Assembly: GCA_963714015.1 (NCBI GenBank)
Contig: OY970223.1
Coordinates: 3,008,001 to 3,072,000 of the forward strand
Length of the DNA: 64,000 nt
Direction: 5' to 3'
From: Vulcanimicrobiota bacterium
GTDB taxonomy: Bacteria > Vulcanimicrobiota > Vulcanimicrobiia > Vulcanimicrobiales > Vulcanimicrobiaceae
Part shown: in pieces, positions 50,256-60,816 of the stretch
Layout of the letters: each line of letters starts with the position of its first letter
How positions within the stretch are numbered: position 1 is the stretch's first letter
Made by a program: the position numbers and the translations under genes
Notes under the pieces: generated by a model
The model's database searches: none
What the model was told of the DNA's origin: nothing
What the model saw: only the letters and a program-made list of their open reading frames with translations

Positions 50256-50519
50256 ATATTGCAGCAGCTTGTTTCGGGTGCGCAAAGGATCGGCAAACCC
50301 ATCCCTCTTCCGGACCCGTGGATTGAACGTGCCAATTCCCCGATGAGAAAGCGAGCGAACGGCTTGCTCGCCTGGTCGTTCATCCTTTCACTGGCAATGG
50401 TAGTGTTCCGCCGTCAGCTTCCTAAACTCGGCCCGTTGCCTAGAGTATTTTGTGTCGCTTCCTGCCCTGGCGGGAAGCATGACAACCTGTATTCGACGGT
50501 TCAAGGCCACGGAGACGAA

Positions 50520-51620
50520 GTGTATAAAGCAAAAGCATACGCCGCGGAAACGGCATCATCCGCGCTCACATTGACGACGATACCGCGGCGAGATCTCACG
50601 CAAAACGACGTTCAGATCGAGATATTGTTCTGCGGCATCTGCCATTCGGATTTGCACACAGTGCGCGACGAGTGGGGCGGAACGGTTTACCCGGTCGTTC
50701 CGGGTCATGAAATCGTCGGACGCGTCACAAATGTCGGCTCGGCGGTCACTGCTTTCAAGCCAGGCGATCTTGTGGGCGTCGGATGCCTAGTCGACTCCGA
50801 CGGCACGTGCGAACAGTGCCGCGCCGGCTACGAGAATAATTGCCCGAACCGGGTGCTTACTTACAATTCGTCCGATACGTACCTTGGGGATGTTACCTAC
50901 GGCGGCTACTCCGAGAGCATCATCGCCGACGAACGCTTCGTTCTGCGCATCCCGGAAAATCTTGATATAGCGGGCGCGGCACCGCTGCTATGCGCGGGGA
51001 TCACGACATACTCGCCGATGCGCCATTGGGGCGTCAAGGAAGGTCAGAAAGTCGGCGTTGTCGGGCTGGGCGGTCTCGGTCACATGGGCGTCAAGTTCGC
51101 ACGCGCGTTCGGCGCGCACGTCGTTGTCTTCACCACCTCGCCCAACAAGAAAGACGACGCGCTGCGCCTCGGGGCGAACGACGTGGTGGTTTCGCGAAAT
51201 GCAGACGAGATGCAAGCCCATGCGAACACTTTTGACTTCATCTTGGACACCGTTTCAGCGCAGCACAACATCGACGCATATCTGGAGCTGCTTGCACCGA
51301 ACGGCACCTTGGTCTTGGTCGGCGCTCCGCCGGAGCCGTTGAGCGTGTCTGCATTCAGCCTCATTGCAGGGCGCCGCAGTCTTGCAGGCTCCAATATCGG
51401 TGGAATCCGCGAAACGCAGGAAATGCTTGACTTTTGCGGACGGCACAATATCACGTCGGACGTCGAGGTCATCTCAATTCAAGACGTCAACGACGCTTAC
51501 GAGCGGATGGCCAAATCCGATGTGAAGTACCGCTTCTCGATCGATATGGCGACGCTGAAATCACAGAGTGCTGAAGACGACTCAACAAAGAAGCGCCTAT
51601 CCGAAGCGCATTCTCGGTAG
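50520..51620 (+). CDS. NAD(P)-dependent zinc alcohol dehydrogenase (cinnamyl-alcohol dehydrogenase/YahK type)
   Basis: CGICHSD, PGHEIVG, PLLCAGIT, GLGGLGH, DVKYRF; GTG start with GGAG. Confidence 0.93.
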   Translation: MYKAKAYAAETASSALTLTTIPRRDLTQNDVQIEILFCGICHSDLHTVRDEWGGTVYPVVPGHEIVGRVTNVGSAVTAFKPGDLVGVGCLVDSDGTCEQCRAGYENNCPNRVLTYNSSDTYLGDVTYGGYSESIIADERFVLRIPENLDIAGAAPLLCAGITTYSPMRHWGVKEGQKVGVVGLGGLGHMGVKFARAFGAHVVVFTTSPNKKDDALRLGANDVVVSRNADEMQAHANTFDFILDTVSAQHNIDAYLELLAPNGTLVLVGAPPEPLSVSAFSLIAGRRSLAGSNIGGIRETQEMLDFCGRHNITSDVEVISIQDVNDAYERMAKSDVKYRFSIDMATLKSQSAEDDSTKKRLSEAHSR

Positions 51621-52040
51621 CAGCCCGTGACGGACACTCTCGTCGCGGCAGGTTGTGGTAGAGCCCGCCTGCCCCTCGCTTGATGAGGGCGTTAGCACGC
51701 CTGGCAGTAGAGTGACAAGGCGCGTTTAGTGTTCTGCGATGCGGGTACTCGACCTTCAGAAAAATGGAGCCCCGCCCCCGTGATAAACAGCCTCCTCCTT
51801 TACGCGATCGGATCGCTCATCTCGCGACCGATTTAGATTCACTTTCCCGCGCGATACACGAAGAGCTGGACTGGCGCGAAAAGCTCGAGCCTGAACCGGC
51901 GGACGACAACGACAACGGCTAGTACGCCAACGTTCCCGCGTCCAGAACGATCCGATGGTCCCGACTGCGTTGATTACTGCGGCTCGATAAGGTGTTTCTT
52001 TATCGTAGTACGGCCGGTTTGAATGGGTACACGCAGCAGC

Positions 52041-52661
52041 ATGGCAGATAAACAGCACAGTTTGGCGACATACCTGAGCGATATGCTCGCGCTTGAAGAA
52101 CACATCCGCATTCCGATCACGGTTCAGGCCGAAGACGCGGACTTCGCGGTGTTCACGAACGCCGCCGCGCTGATAACGCGCCTGAGCGCCCTTTGCGAAA
52201 CGCACATCCAAACGATAAAAAGTGCGCTTGAGGCGAGCGGCGGTCATGAACTCGCCGGCGCAAAATCGGTCGTGACGAACATCGAGGGGTGGTTCGCCGG
52301 CGCGATCGACAAAATGAGGAGAACGAAAGTCGCCAAGGCACTTCGGGACGACTACACCGCGCTCGCATTGTGCGCCGTCAGCTACAGCATGCTGATCTCG
52401 ACCGCAAACGTATGTGGCGACGCTCGCGTGAGTGAACTGGCGCAGCGGCATCTTCGCGATTATGCGGAACTCATTTGGCAGATCGGCGACATCCTGCCGG
52501 GCATCGTCGTCGAGGATTTGCGCGCGCTCGGCCTGCCGCTGCAAGAAGGCACCGCGGAGCTGACGCGGCGGCAGATCGCCGATGCGTGGCACCGCCCAAC
52601 GACAATCGAAAACGAAGCGGCGCTCAACCGCGGGGCGTCCGCGTCTTACCCGACGGCGTAA
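52041..52661 (+). CDS. Ferritin-like four-helix protein (DUF892-like)
   Basis: DMLALEEH, CETHI, KALRDDY ExxH-type helices. Confidence 0.7.
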   Translation: MADKQHSLATYLSDMLALEEHIRIPITVQAEDADFAVFTNAAALITRLSALCETHIQTIKSALEASGGHELAGAKSVVTNIEGWFAGAIDKMRRTKVAKALRDDYTALALCAVSYSMLISTANVCGDARVSELAQRHLRDYAELIWQIGDILPGIVVEDLRALGLPLQEGTAELTRRQIADAWHRPTTIENEAALNRGASASYPTA

Positions 52662-52670
52662 CGCGGACGG

Positions 52671-53678
52671 TTACTGAAACAGCGAAGGATCGAACGTCAC
52701 AATCGGCTTGAGAATCTGCGAACTTCGTAGGGCGGCGTAGGCTTGCGCGGCTTCCTCGAGCGGATACAGCGTTGCGCCCAATCGCTGAGCCGTGACCACC
52801 CCGCGGCCGATCAAATCCAAGGCCTCGCGCGTATCTTGCGGTCCGCAAGAGTAACTCGGCACGAGTTTGACGTCCCGAAAATAGAGATCGTTCGGATCAA
52901 AAGTGAAGGGCACACCGGGTTCGAGCGGGGTAAACATGATCGCGGTTCCGCCCGGCAGAGCCGCGGCGGCGGCGTTGCGCAGCGCGTCGGGCGATCCCGG
53001 TCCGCAGATCACGACGTCCGCTCCTGAAAAATGCTCGTCCGGACGAATCACGCGCACGCCGAGCGTACTAGCAAATCCGCGCCGTTGCTCGATGAAATCG
53101 CTTCCCGAAACCTGCGCGCCGCGAGCAAGGCCGACCAGCGCATGCATTAATCCCATAACGCCCAAACCGATGACGTGCATGCTGTCGCCGTCGCGCAAGC
53201 CGCTGCGTCGAATCGACTTTACGACACAGGCCAGTGGCTCCACGAGTGAGGCATCGACGAATGAGACGTTTTGCGGGAGCCGTAGAGTGTCGCGCACGTT
53301 TTCGGACGGTACGCGAAAGAATTCGGCAAGGCCACCCGGATCGATCGACGTTTTTCGCCACGTGGCACACTGCACGTAATCGCCGCGAGAGCATGCCCGG
53401 CAATCGAAGCACGGCGCATGATGATGCACGAAGACGGGATCCCCCACGCTGAACTCGGCAACACCGCTCCCGGTCCCGACGACCACGCCGGAGGGCTCGT
53501 GCCCGAGCACCAGCGGCGCTTTACGCCGCACGTACCAAGCCATGACGTCGCCGGTGCAAATGCCGCTGGCGCGCGTCTGCACGAGAAGTTCACCAGGGCC
53601 GAGCTGCGGAACCGGGCGCTCCTCCACGCGGATATCATCGACGTCGTAAAGGACTGCCGCGCGCATTGTCTGCATCAC
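52671..53678 (-). CDS. Zinc-binding dehydrogenase (MDR family)
   Basis: GICTGD, LGHEPSG, CFDCRAC, EPLACV, GLGVMG. Confidence 0.9.
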   Translation of the reverse strand: MMQTMRAAVLYDVDDIRVEERPVPQLGPGELLVQTRASGICTGDVMAWYVRRKAPLVLGHEPSGVVVGTGSGVAEFSVGDPVFVHHHAPCFDCRACSRGDYVQCATWRKTSIDPGGLAEFFRVPSENVRDTLRLPQNVSFVDASLVEPLACVVKSIRRSGLRDGDSMHVIGLGVMGLMHALVGLARGAQVSGSDFIEQRRGFASTLGVRVIRPDEHFSGADVVICGPGSPDALRNAAAAALPGGTAIMFTPLEPGVPFTFDPNDLYFRDVKLVPSYSCGPQDTREALDLIGRGVVTAQRLGATLYPLEEAAQAYAALRSSQILKPIVTFDPSLFQ

Positions 53679-54700
53679 GGCTCGATCGCGAATTTTATTC
53701 CTTCGCCGCTATCCAAGCGAGCGAAGACCGAAGCGATGTCGTCGAGTGGAACCGTCGCCGTGATAAGCGGTCGCGGATCCAGCGCGCCGCCGGAAAGCAG
53801 TTCGTACGCTTCTCGAACTGCGCCGGTCGTAAAATGGAACGGACTGATCAGCCGAACTTCGTCATAATGCAATCGCGCGGCCGAAAAGGAAACGCGAGCG
53901 TCGCCCGGCAGTCCGCCGAAGAACGACACCGTGCCCCCGCGCCGTACCAGCGCCGGTGCGCGTTCCCACACCTCGGGACGCCCGGTACACTCGATCAGCG
54001 CGTCGACGCCACGCCCTTGCGTCATCGCGAAAAGCTCGGCCTGTACGTCACATTCGCGCGTATTCAACGTCGCGCCGATGCCTAGCCATTGCGCCAGTTC
54101 GAGCCGCTCGCTGCGGCGGCCGCAAAGAACGGCGCGAGCGCCCCGCCGCTCCAGCAGCATCGCATGCAAAATTCCGAAGCCGCCGTCGCCCATGACGGCG
54201 ACCACGCTTCCAGGCAGCGGATTCAAAAAAGAAACCGAGTGAACGACGCAGGAGAGCGGCTCCAAAAATGCCGCAGCCGCATATGAAATCTTCGCCGGTT
54301 TGCGAAAACAATTGCGGCGCACGATGTGTGACGGCACCTCGATGAACTCTGCATACGCGCCGAGGATCTTGGTCGACATTACCGATTCGCACAGCTCCTC
54401 CTCACCGCGCGCACACCAGAAGCAGTTACAGCAGGGAGCCGAGTGAACGCACATCACCGCTTCGCCTGCGGTGAATACGGTAACGCCTTCGCCCACAGCC
54501 GCGACGTCTCCGGAAAACTCGTGGCCGAACGGCGTCGGCATGGGCATCTGCGGGTGTCCGCGACGGAATGCTTTCAAATCGGTGCCGTCAGTGAGCGCCG
54601 CGCGCACGCGCACCACGATGCCGCCGGGCGGAGCCGCCGGTGTCGCAACCTGCCGCAGCTCGACGCGGCCCGGCTCCACGAGAATCGCAGATCTCATCAC
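53675..54700 (-). CDS. Zinc-binding dehydrogenase (MDR family)
   Basis: TDGTD, FGHEFSG, CCNCFWC, EPLSCV. Confidence 0.9.
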   Translation of the reverse strand: MMRSAILVEPGRVELRQVATPAAPPGGIVVRVRAALTDGTDLKAFRRGHPQMPMPTPFGHEFSGDVAAVGEGVTVFTAGEAVMCVHSAPCCNCFWCARGEEELCESVMSTKILGAYAEFIEVPSHIVRRNCFRKPAKISYAAAAFLEPLSCVVHSVSFLNPLPGSVVAVMGDGGFGILHAMLLERRGARAVLCGRRSERLELAQWLGIGATLNTRECDVQAELFAMTQGRGVDALIECTGRPEVWERAPALVRRGGTVSFFGGLPGDARVSFSAARLHYDEVRLISPFHFTTGAVREAYELLSGGALDPRPLITATVPLDDIASVFARLDSGEGIKFAIEP

Positions 54701-55143
54701 GCCAGACATTCTCGCAGTGCGCTGCGCATCGGCGGCGGGAGGGGCCGGCTTTTGTGCGATCGTCTATCCATGCATGCGACCACTAAGTGAAACGCCGCTC
54801 CGGCGGCGTTGGTGCGTTCGTTGTGCACGACGGTCAGCCATTTGATCGACGAAGCTCCAACGTGCCGGATGTGCGTGCGCAGCGTCAGCCAGTCACCCAT
54901 CAGCGCGGGATTGTGATAGTCGGCCTCCACATGCACGCGCGGCAGCCAAATGTCGTACTCTTCGAAGACCGTGTTGTATGGAAAGCCCAGCTCGCCGAAA
55001 AAATCCATTTCTGCGCGCTCGACGGCGCGCTGATATGCCGCGAAGTACATGATCCCGGCGATGTCGATGTCGGCCCACTGCACCATCACGCGCGTCTCGA
55101 AGATCCGCGCACCCTCCGGTGTCGTGTCTTTAAACTTGGGCAT
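54697..55143 (-). CDS. Acyl-CoA thioesterase (hotdog, 4HBT-like)
   Basis: VQWADIDIAGIMY motif. Confidence 0.85.
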   Translation of the reverse strand: MPKFKDTTPEGARIFETRVMVQWADIDIAGIMYFAAYQRAVERAEMDFFGELGFPYNTVFEEYDIWLPRVHVEADYHNPALMGDWLTLRTHIRHVGASSIKWLTVVHNERTNAAGAAFHLVVACMDRRSHKSRPLPPPMRSALRECLA

Positions 55144-55720
55144 GGACCGCATACCGCGCGATTGGGTCGACTTCCAAATTCACTGAATCCCCCGGCTCCC
55201 GCCGCCCCAGCGTAGTGCGCTCGAGTGTTTCGGGAATCAAGGCGATCTCGAACCAAGTGTCGGCCACATTCGCTACCGTGACGCTGACGCCGTCAACGCT
55301 GATGAACGCCTTCTCACACACGTACCGCCGCAACGCCGCCGGTAAAGCGACGCGCATGCGTTCGCCTTGTCCTTCGGGCGTGCGCGAAAGCATTTGTCCG
55401 GTAGCATCGACATGGCCGTACACGAAGTGGCCCCCCATGCGGTCGCCGAGCCTGAGCGAATACTCGACATTGACCACGTCGCCTTCGCGCAGCGAGCCCA
55501 GATTCGAACGCGCCAGCGTTTCGGGAACGACGTCGAAGTCCACGATGTTGTGATCGACGCGCGTTGCCGTCAAGCAGACGCCGTTGACTGCAATCGAATC
55601 CTTCGGTTCAACTTCTTCCTCCGATGCATTCTCGCAGCGCAAGGTCAACGTAAGGCCGCCGCCATGCACCGGCGTAATGCGTTGAACCTTTCCCGTATAA
55701 GCGATGAGCCCGCTAAACAT
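55130..55720 (-). CDS. ribE: Riboflavin synthase alpha chain
   Basis: MFSGLI, SIAVNGVCLT, GGHFVYGHVD, VNLEVD. Confidence 0.95.
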   Translation of the reverse strand: MFSGLIAYTGKVQRITPVHGGGLTLTLRCENASEEEVEPKDSIAVNGVCLTATRVDHNIVDFDVVPETLARSNLGSLREGDVVNVEYSLRLGDRMGGHFVYGHVDATGQMLSRTPEGQGERMRVALPAALRRYVCEKAFISVDGVSVTVANVADTWFEIALIPETLERTTLGRREPGDSVNLEVDPIARYAVHAQV

Positions 55721-56810
55721 CCGTCTCCACAATCCCCGAGATATGCAAATCTGCTCCCAACCGTTCGACGCGGTCGAATCGAAGGCCCGGCGAGCCGTTG
55801 AGATCGCCCGCAGCGATGACGGGCACCGCCGAAGCGGTGCGCAGCAGCCGCGGTGCAATCAGCCAGTGTAAGCGATCGACGAGTCCGTAAGTCAGCAGGT
55901 GTCCGGCCATCGTCGGGCCGCCCTCGCAGAGCACGCTGGTTATCTCTCGCGCACGCAATTCGTGAAAAGCTTGCGGTATATCGAGCCGAACGTCGCTGTC
56001 CTTGCCGACGTAGATGACGTCCGCCACCGTTTCGACTTCGAGGAATTTCGGTTTGGCGCCGGCTGGAGCGAGGACGATCGTGCGCGCGTACCCTTCAGCC
56101 GGTTCAAAGACTACGCTGCGCGGATCGACCGAATCGGTCTCGCAAGCGACGATGCGAACGTACTCGCGCAATCGATGATGCGCGGGGCGCACTGTAAGCT
56201 GCGGATTATCGATCCGCACCGTTCCGGCGCCCACGATGACGGCGTCGTGAGCGATGCGCAGATCGCGCACGAACGTGCGCGCTTCGCCTCCCGTCAACCA
56301 CTCTTGCCGTCCGCTCTGAGGTGCGACGTACCCGTCCAGCGACATCGCCATCTTCAGCGAAACGTACGGGCGATCGGATCGTATCGCGCGTGCGAACGGC
56401 TCGATCAATGCACGCGATCGTTCGTCATCCTTCACCGCCACGTCGATGGCCCGTTGGCGCAGGAAGGCGATTCCGCCGCCCGCGGTCCGCGGGTTCGGAT
56501 CGATTGCACCAACCACCACGCGCGTGATCCCGGCGGCGGCAACGGCGTTCGAACAAGGCGGCGTGCGGCCCTGATGATTGCATGGCTCCAGCGAAACATA
56601 AAGCGTTGCGCCGTGAGCGGCGTCGCCGGCTTGCCGGACGGCGAGAATCTCGGCGTGCGGCTCTCCCGCCCGATGGTGGTAGCCTTCGCCTGCGATAGCG
56701 TCGCCGGCGACCACGACCGCGCCGACCGGCGGATTCGGCGAGGTGTTTCCGATTCCGCGTTCGGCCAGTTCGCACGCCCGTTCAAGGAAAATCCGGTCTA
56801 GCGCGTCCAT
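55713..56810 (-). CDS. ribD: Riboflavin biosynthesis deaminase/reductase
   Basis: PNPPVGAV, HAE, LEPCNH.GRTPPC, SLDG, EGG. Confidence 0.96.
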   Translation of the reverse strand: MDALDRIFLERACELAERGIGNTSPNPPVGAVVVAGDAIAGEGYHHRAGEPHAEILAVRQAGDAAHGATLYVSLEPCNHQGRTPPCSNAVAAAGITRVVVGAIDPNPRTAGGGIAFLRQRAIDVAVKDDERSRALIEPFARAIRSDRPYVSLKMAMSLDGYVAPQSGRQEWLTGGEARTFVRDLRIAHDAVIVGAGTVRIDNPQLTVRPAHHRLREYVRIVACETDSVDPRSVVFEPAEGYARTIVLAPAGAKPKFLEVETVADVIYVGKDSDVRLDIPQAFHELRAREITSVLCEGGPTMAGHLLTYGLVDRLHWLIAPRLLRTASAVPVIAAGDLNGSPGLRFDRVERLGADLHISGIVETDV

Positions 56811-56935
56811 CGATCTACCTCCAAATATTGCGCCTAGTCCGGTTTCCGGCCTTGTCCGGTGCGCGGTGCCGGTATTCCGACATTTATCGGGCTCGAGGCA
56901 AGCGACGCGTTCTGCCGTGTCGAACGCGCCGAGCC

Positions 56936-58861
56936 ATGATGGTGAGATATTGCCGTTTGGCTTTGCTATTATTCTTGGCCCTGGCGCCGGCGCTTTTGAC
57001 GCCTTCGCGCGCATCGGCCGCATCGCTCGATCCGCCGCTCGCAACGGCGGGCAACCCGTTGACGGTGGTTCTGGACGAACGCACCGCTCCGCGCGGGTTC
57101 GCGTACACGCATATTACGGTGCCGGTAAAACCCGGACCGTTCACGCTGGACTATCCGATGTGGATTCCGGGCGAGCACGGACCCACCGGACCGCTGAACG
57201 ATCTTTCGGAACTGCGCATCAGCGCTAACGGCCAGCCCGTAACGTGGCAGCGCGATCAAGTCGACATGTACGCTTTTCATATCAACGTCCCGCCTGGCGT
57301 GAACCGCGTGAACGTCGATTTTACCGTGCTGCTGAACCGCCCGAACAACTTCGTCGACGGTAATCTTGCAACGCGAAATATCCTGGTCGGGAATTGGAAC
57401 CGGTACATTCTCTACCAGCGCAATATCAACAACGAACACTACTACGCCAAAGCCAGCCTCATCTTGCCGCAGGGATGGGATTACGCAAGCGCGCTTCCCG
57501 TTGCGTCGCGCAGCGGCAACCGTGTCGACTTCAAGACGGTGACGCTCGAAACGCTCGTGGACTCACCAACTGATTCCGGTAAATACTACCGGCACATCAT
57601 GACGTGGACCGGTGACGGCACGCACACGTACATCGATATGTTCGCGGACCATCCCGAAGATCTCGTGATGACGCCCAAAGAACTTGCGGCCTACAAACGG
57701 ATGACTCCCGAAGCGATCGCGCTTTACGGCGGTCGTCACTGGAACGTCTATCATTCGGAGCTGACGCTCAGCGATCTGATTCCGGGACAAGGCATCGAAC
57801 ACCATCAGTCCAGCGACGATCGCGCCGACGACAACTTCATCACCAGCGCTGCTGAGCAGATGGCCGGCGGCGACTTGCTCACGCACGAGTTTTCGCATTC
57901 GTGGAACGGTAAATATCGCCGGCCCTTCGACCTGCAGCAGCCCAACTACAACCTGCCCTATCCCGAACACACGGAGCTGCTTTGGCAGTACGAAGGCATG
58001 AACCAATATATGGGCGACATACTTGCGTTTCGCTGCGGTATCAAAGGCACCGCAAAAACGTATCCCGATTATCTGGCGACGATCTACTCGCAGATGGCGT
58101 ACGAGCCGGGCCGCGATACCGAGCCGATCATCGACTTGACGACGGGCGCGCCATACTTCTATACCGCCGGCGGTGACTACGGTTCCCTGCGCCGCAGCGC
58201 GGGCGATTTCTACACCGAAGGCGAGCTCATGTGGCTGGACGCGGACACCATCATCCGGCAGCGCACGCACAACAAAAAGTCGATCGACGACTACGTAAAA
58301 GTGTTCGCCGGCGGTACGTCGGCACCGCGCGTCTTCACGTATACTCGCGCCGATCTGGAACATTATCTGAACGAAGTCGTGCCGTACGACTGGCATGGCT
58401 TCTTCCAAAAATACGTCTACTCGATTTCGCCGCTTCCGCCCACCGATGAAATACAGCGAGCGGGATACAAACTCGTCTTCACCGGCAAAGAGAACCCGTA
58501 CGAGCAGAACTTCGAGACATTCGGAAAGTTCATCGACTCGTGGTTCGACGTCGGGCTGCAGCTCGGTGATGACGGCGGCGTCGGAGACGTGCGCGAAGGC
58601 TCGGCGGCATGGAATGCCGGTTTCGGGCCCGGCATGAAGATCGTGGCCGTCAACGATCGCGAATTCACGCCGGATGCGTGGAATGCGGCGATCAAAGCGA
58701 CGTCCGCGAGCTTCAAACCGCTCGATCTGCTCGTGGATTACCAGGGCTACTATAGCGACATGATCCTGAACTACCACGGCGGCCCCAAACATCCGCACTT
58801 GGTGCGGATACCCGGAACCGTCGATATGCTCTCCGACATCATGCGGCCGCACGCGAAGTGA
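56936..58861 (+). CDS. M61 glycyl aminopeptidase with PDZ domain, paralogue 1
   Basis: Signal peptide, WIPGEH, GIEH, HEFSHSWNGKYRRP, YEG. Confidence 0.92.
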   Translation: MMVRYCRLALLLFLALAPALLTPSRASAASLDPPLATAGNPLTVVLDERTAPRGFAYTHITVPVKPGPFTLDYPMWIPGEHGPTGPLNDLSELRISANGQPVTWQRDQVDMYAFHINVPPGVNRVNVDFTVLLNRPNNFVDGNLATRNILVGNWNRYILYQRNINNEHYYAKASLILPQGWDYASALPVASRSGNRVDFKTVTLETLVDSPTDSGKYYRHIMTWTGDGTHTYIDMFADHPEDLVMTPKELAAYKRMTPEAIALYGGRHWNVYHSELTLSDLIPGQGIEHHQSSDDRADDNFITSAAEQMAGGDLLTHEFSHSWNGKYRRPFDLQQPNYNLPYPEHTELLWQYEGMNQYMGDILAFRCGIKGTAKTYPDYLATIYSQMAYEPGRDTEPIIDLTTGAPYFYTAGGDYGSLRRSAGDFYTEGELMWLDADTIIRQRTHNKKSIDDYVKVFAGGTSAPRVFTYTRADLEHYLNEVVPYDWHGFFQKYVYSISPLPPTDEIQRAGYKLVFTGKENPYEQNFETFGKFIDSWFDVGLQLGDDGGVGDVREGSAAWNAGFGPGMKIVAVNDREFTPDAWNAAIKATSASFKPLDLLVDYQGYYSDMILNYHGGPKHPHLVRIPGTVDMLSDIMRPHAK

Positions 58862-58872
58862 GTGAAAGAACG

Positions 58873-60816
58873 ATGAAATATCAAGCACTTGCCGTCGCAG
58901 CGGCACTCAGTCTCTCGCTTCTGACCGCGGGCCCGGCCCGCGCACAGGGCGCCTACCGCTTCGATACGCCGGTGGCGACGCAGAGCGCACCCGAGACCAT
59001 TGTGCTCGATGCGCGCAAAGCGCCGATAGGCCTGGCGTATTCCCACATGGTTATTCCGGTTCGTCCCGGACCGTTCACTATCGATTACCCGCAGTGGATT
59101 CCGGGCGAACACGGGCCGACGGGCCCCCTCAGCGACGTCTCCGAATTGCGTGTGAGCGCGAACGGCCGTCCGCTGGACTGGCACCGCGATCAGGTCGATC
59201 TCTACGCCTTCCATATGAACGTTCCGCAGGGCGTGAACGCGATTCACGTCGACTTTACCGTGCTGTTGAACGGTAACGGCGGACCGATGGCGACGCGCAA
59301 CATCATGGTTGGCAATTGGAATCGCTACATCTTCTACCAGCGCAACATCGATAACACTCAGTACTACGTCAAGGCGTCGATGATCTTGCCGTCCGGTTGG
59401 GATTATGCATCCGCACTTCCGCTCGCGTCGCGCAACGGCGATCATGTGGACTTCAACACCGTAACGCTGGAGACGCTGGTCGATTCACCAACCGACCTGG
59501 GACGTTACGTCAAACACTATACCACTTGGTCCGGTGACGGCGCCAACGCGTACTTGGATCTTTTCGCAGACGCGCCGGAAGATCTCAAGATCGACGACAA
59601 AACGATCGACGCGTACAAACGGCTCGTTCCCGAAGCGATGGCGCTCTATGGAGGCCGCCATTGGAACGTCTACCACGCCGAGCTCACGCTTAGCGATACG
59701 CTTGGCTTCCAGGGCATCGAGCACCATCAGTCCAGTGACGACCGCGCCAACGATTCGTTCATGACGAGTCCGATGGCGCAAATGGCCGGGGGTGACCTGA
59801 TTCCGCACGAGTTTTCACACTCGTGGAACGGCAAATACCGCCGGCCGTTCGATCTTCAGCAGCCGGACTACAACGAACCGTATCCCGAGCATACGGAACT
59901 TCTCTGGCAGTATGAGGGCATGAACCAGTACATGGGTGATATGCTCTCCTTCCGCTCCGGCATTCGCGATCCCAAAGATTACCCTGAGTATTTGGCTTCG
60001 CTGTACGCGCGTTTCGCATATGAGCCCGGACGAAATACGACGCCGATCATCGACACCACGACGGGCGCGCCGTACTACTACTGCTGCGCGCGAGGCGTGT
60101 ATCCGACGATCCGGCGCACGGCGGGCGACTTCTACGGCGAAGGCGAGCTGATGTGGCTCGATGCCGATACGATCATTCGCGAACAATCGCACGGAACGAA
60201 ATCCCTGGACGATTACACGAAGGTCTTCGCCGGCGGCATATCCGCACCGAAAGTCGTAACGTACACCCGCGAAGATCTGGAAGGCTATCTCAATCAAGTC
60301 GTGCCGTACGACTGGCATGGGTTCTTCCAGAAATACGTGTACTCCATCGCTCCGCTGCCGCCGACGGACGAGATCCAGCGCGCGGGTTACAAGCTCGTCT
60401 TCACCGACAAGCCCAACAAGTTCGATGAAGCGCGCAGCGCGGCGTTCCACGGCATATCTTCGTGGTATGACGCCGGGATTGCCCTCAGCGGAAAAGGCAA
60501 CGTCACCGACGTGCGCGAGAACGGACCGGCGTGGAACGCCGGTTTAGCGCCCGGCATGCAGATCGTCGCAGTCAACGGCCGCGAGTTCAGCGGCGATTTG
60601 TGGACCCAGGCGGTTACCGACGCAAAGACCTCCACGGGGCCGATACGCTTGCGCATCAAGCAAGGCCACTGGTATTCGAGGATTGACCTCAACTACCACG
60701 ACGGCCTGAAATATCCGCATCTCGATCGCATTCCCGGAACGACGGACATGCTCTCGGAGATCATGGCGCCGCATGCGACGACCCAGCCGTCGCCGCAGCC
60801 GCGCTCTAAGCCCTAG
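58873..60816 (+). CDS. M61 glycyl aminopeptidase with PDZ domain, paralogue 2
   Basis: Same motifs; tandem duplicate. Confidence 0.92.
   Translation: MKYQALAVAAALSLSLLTAGPARAQGAYRFDTPVATQSAPETIVLDARKAPIGLAYSHMVIPVRPGPFTIDYPQWIPGEHGPTGPLSDVSELRVSANGRPLDWHRDQVDLYAFHMNVPQGVNAIHVDFTVLLNGNGGPMATRNIMVGNWNRYIFYQRNIDNTQYYVKASMILPSGWDYASALPLASRNGDHVDFNTVTLETLVDSPTDLGRYVKHYTTWSGDGANAYLDLFADAPEDLKIDDKTIDAYKRLVPEAMALYGGRHWNVYHAELTLSDTLGFQGIEHHQSSDDRANDSFMTSPMAQMAGGDLIPHEFSHSWNGKYRRPFDLQQPDYNEPYPEHTELLWQYEGMNQYMGDMLSFRSGIRDPKDYPEYLASLYARFAYEPGRNTTPIIDTTTGAPYYYCCARGVYPTIRRTAGDFYGEGELMWLDADTIIREQSHGTKSLDDYTKVFAGGISAPKVVTYTREDLEGYLNQVVPYDWHGFFQKYVYSIAPLPPTDEIQRAGYKLVFTDKPNKFDEARSAAFHGISSWYDAGIALSGKGNVTDVRENGPAWNAGLAPGMQIVAVNGREFSGDLWTQAVTDAKTSTGPIRLRIKQGHWYSRIDLNYHDGLKYPHLDRIPGTTDMLSEIMAPHATTQPSPQPRSKP

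Noticed and set aside
50482..50490. ACAACCTGT as a fifth target copy closing unit 4
   Set aside because: It is 9 bp, not identical, and has no adjacent IR-like sequence
51621..52040. tRNA or ncRNA, or right end of unit 4, in the 400-bp intergenic gap
   Set aside because: No cloverleaf, known RNA motif or matching IR found by eye
56811..56935. FMN riboswitch upstream of ribD
   Set aside because: No RFN conserved motifs are recognisable in this short divergent intergenic region
57563..58906. Long antisense ORFs (also 15324..16544, 22214..23383, 10999..11973, 36875..37864)
   Set aside because: Shadow ORFs opposite well-supported genes in GC-rich DNA, with no motifs
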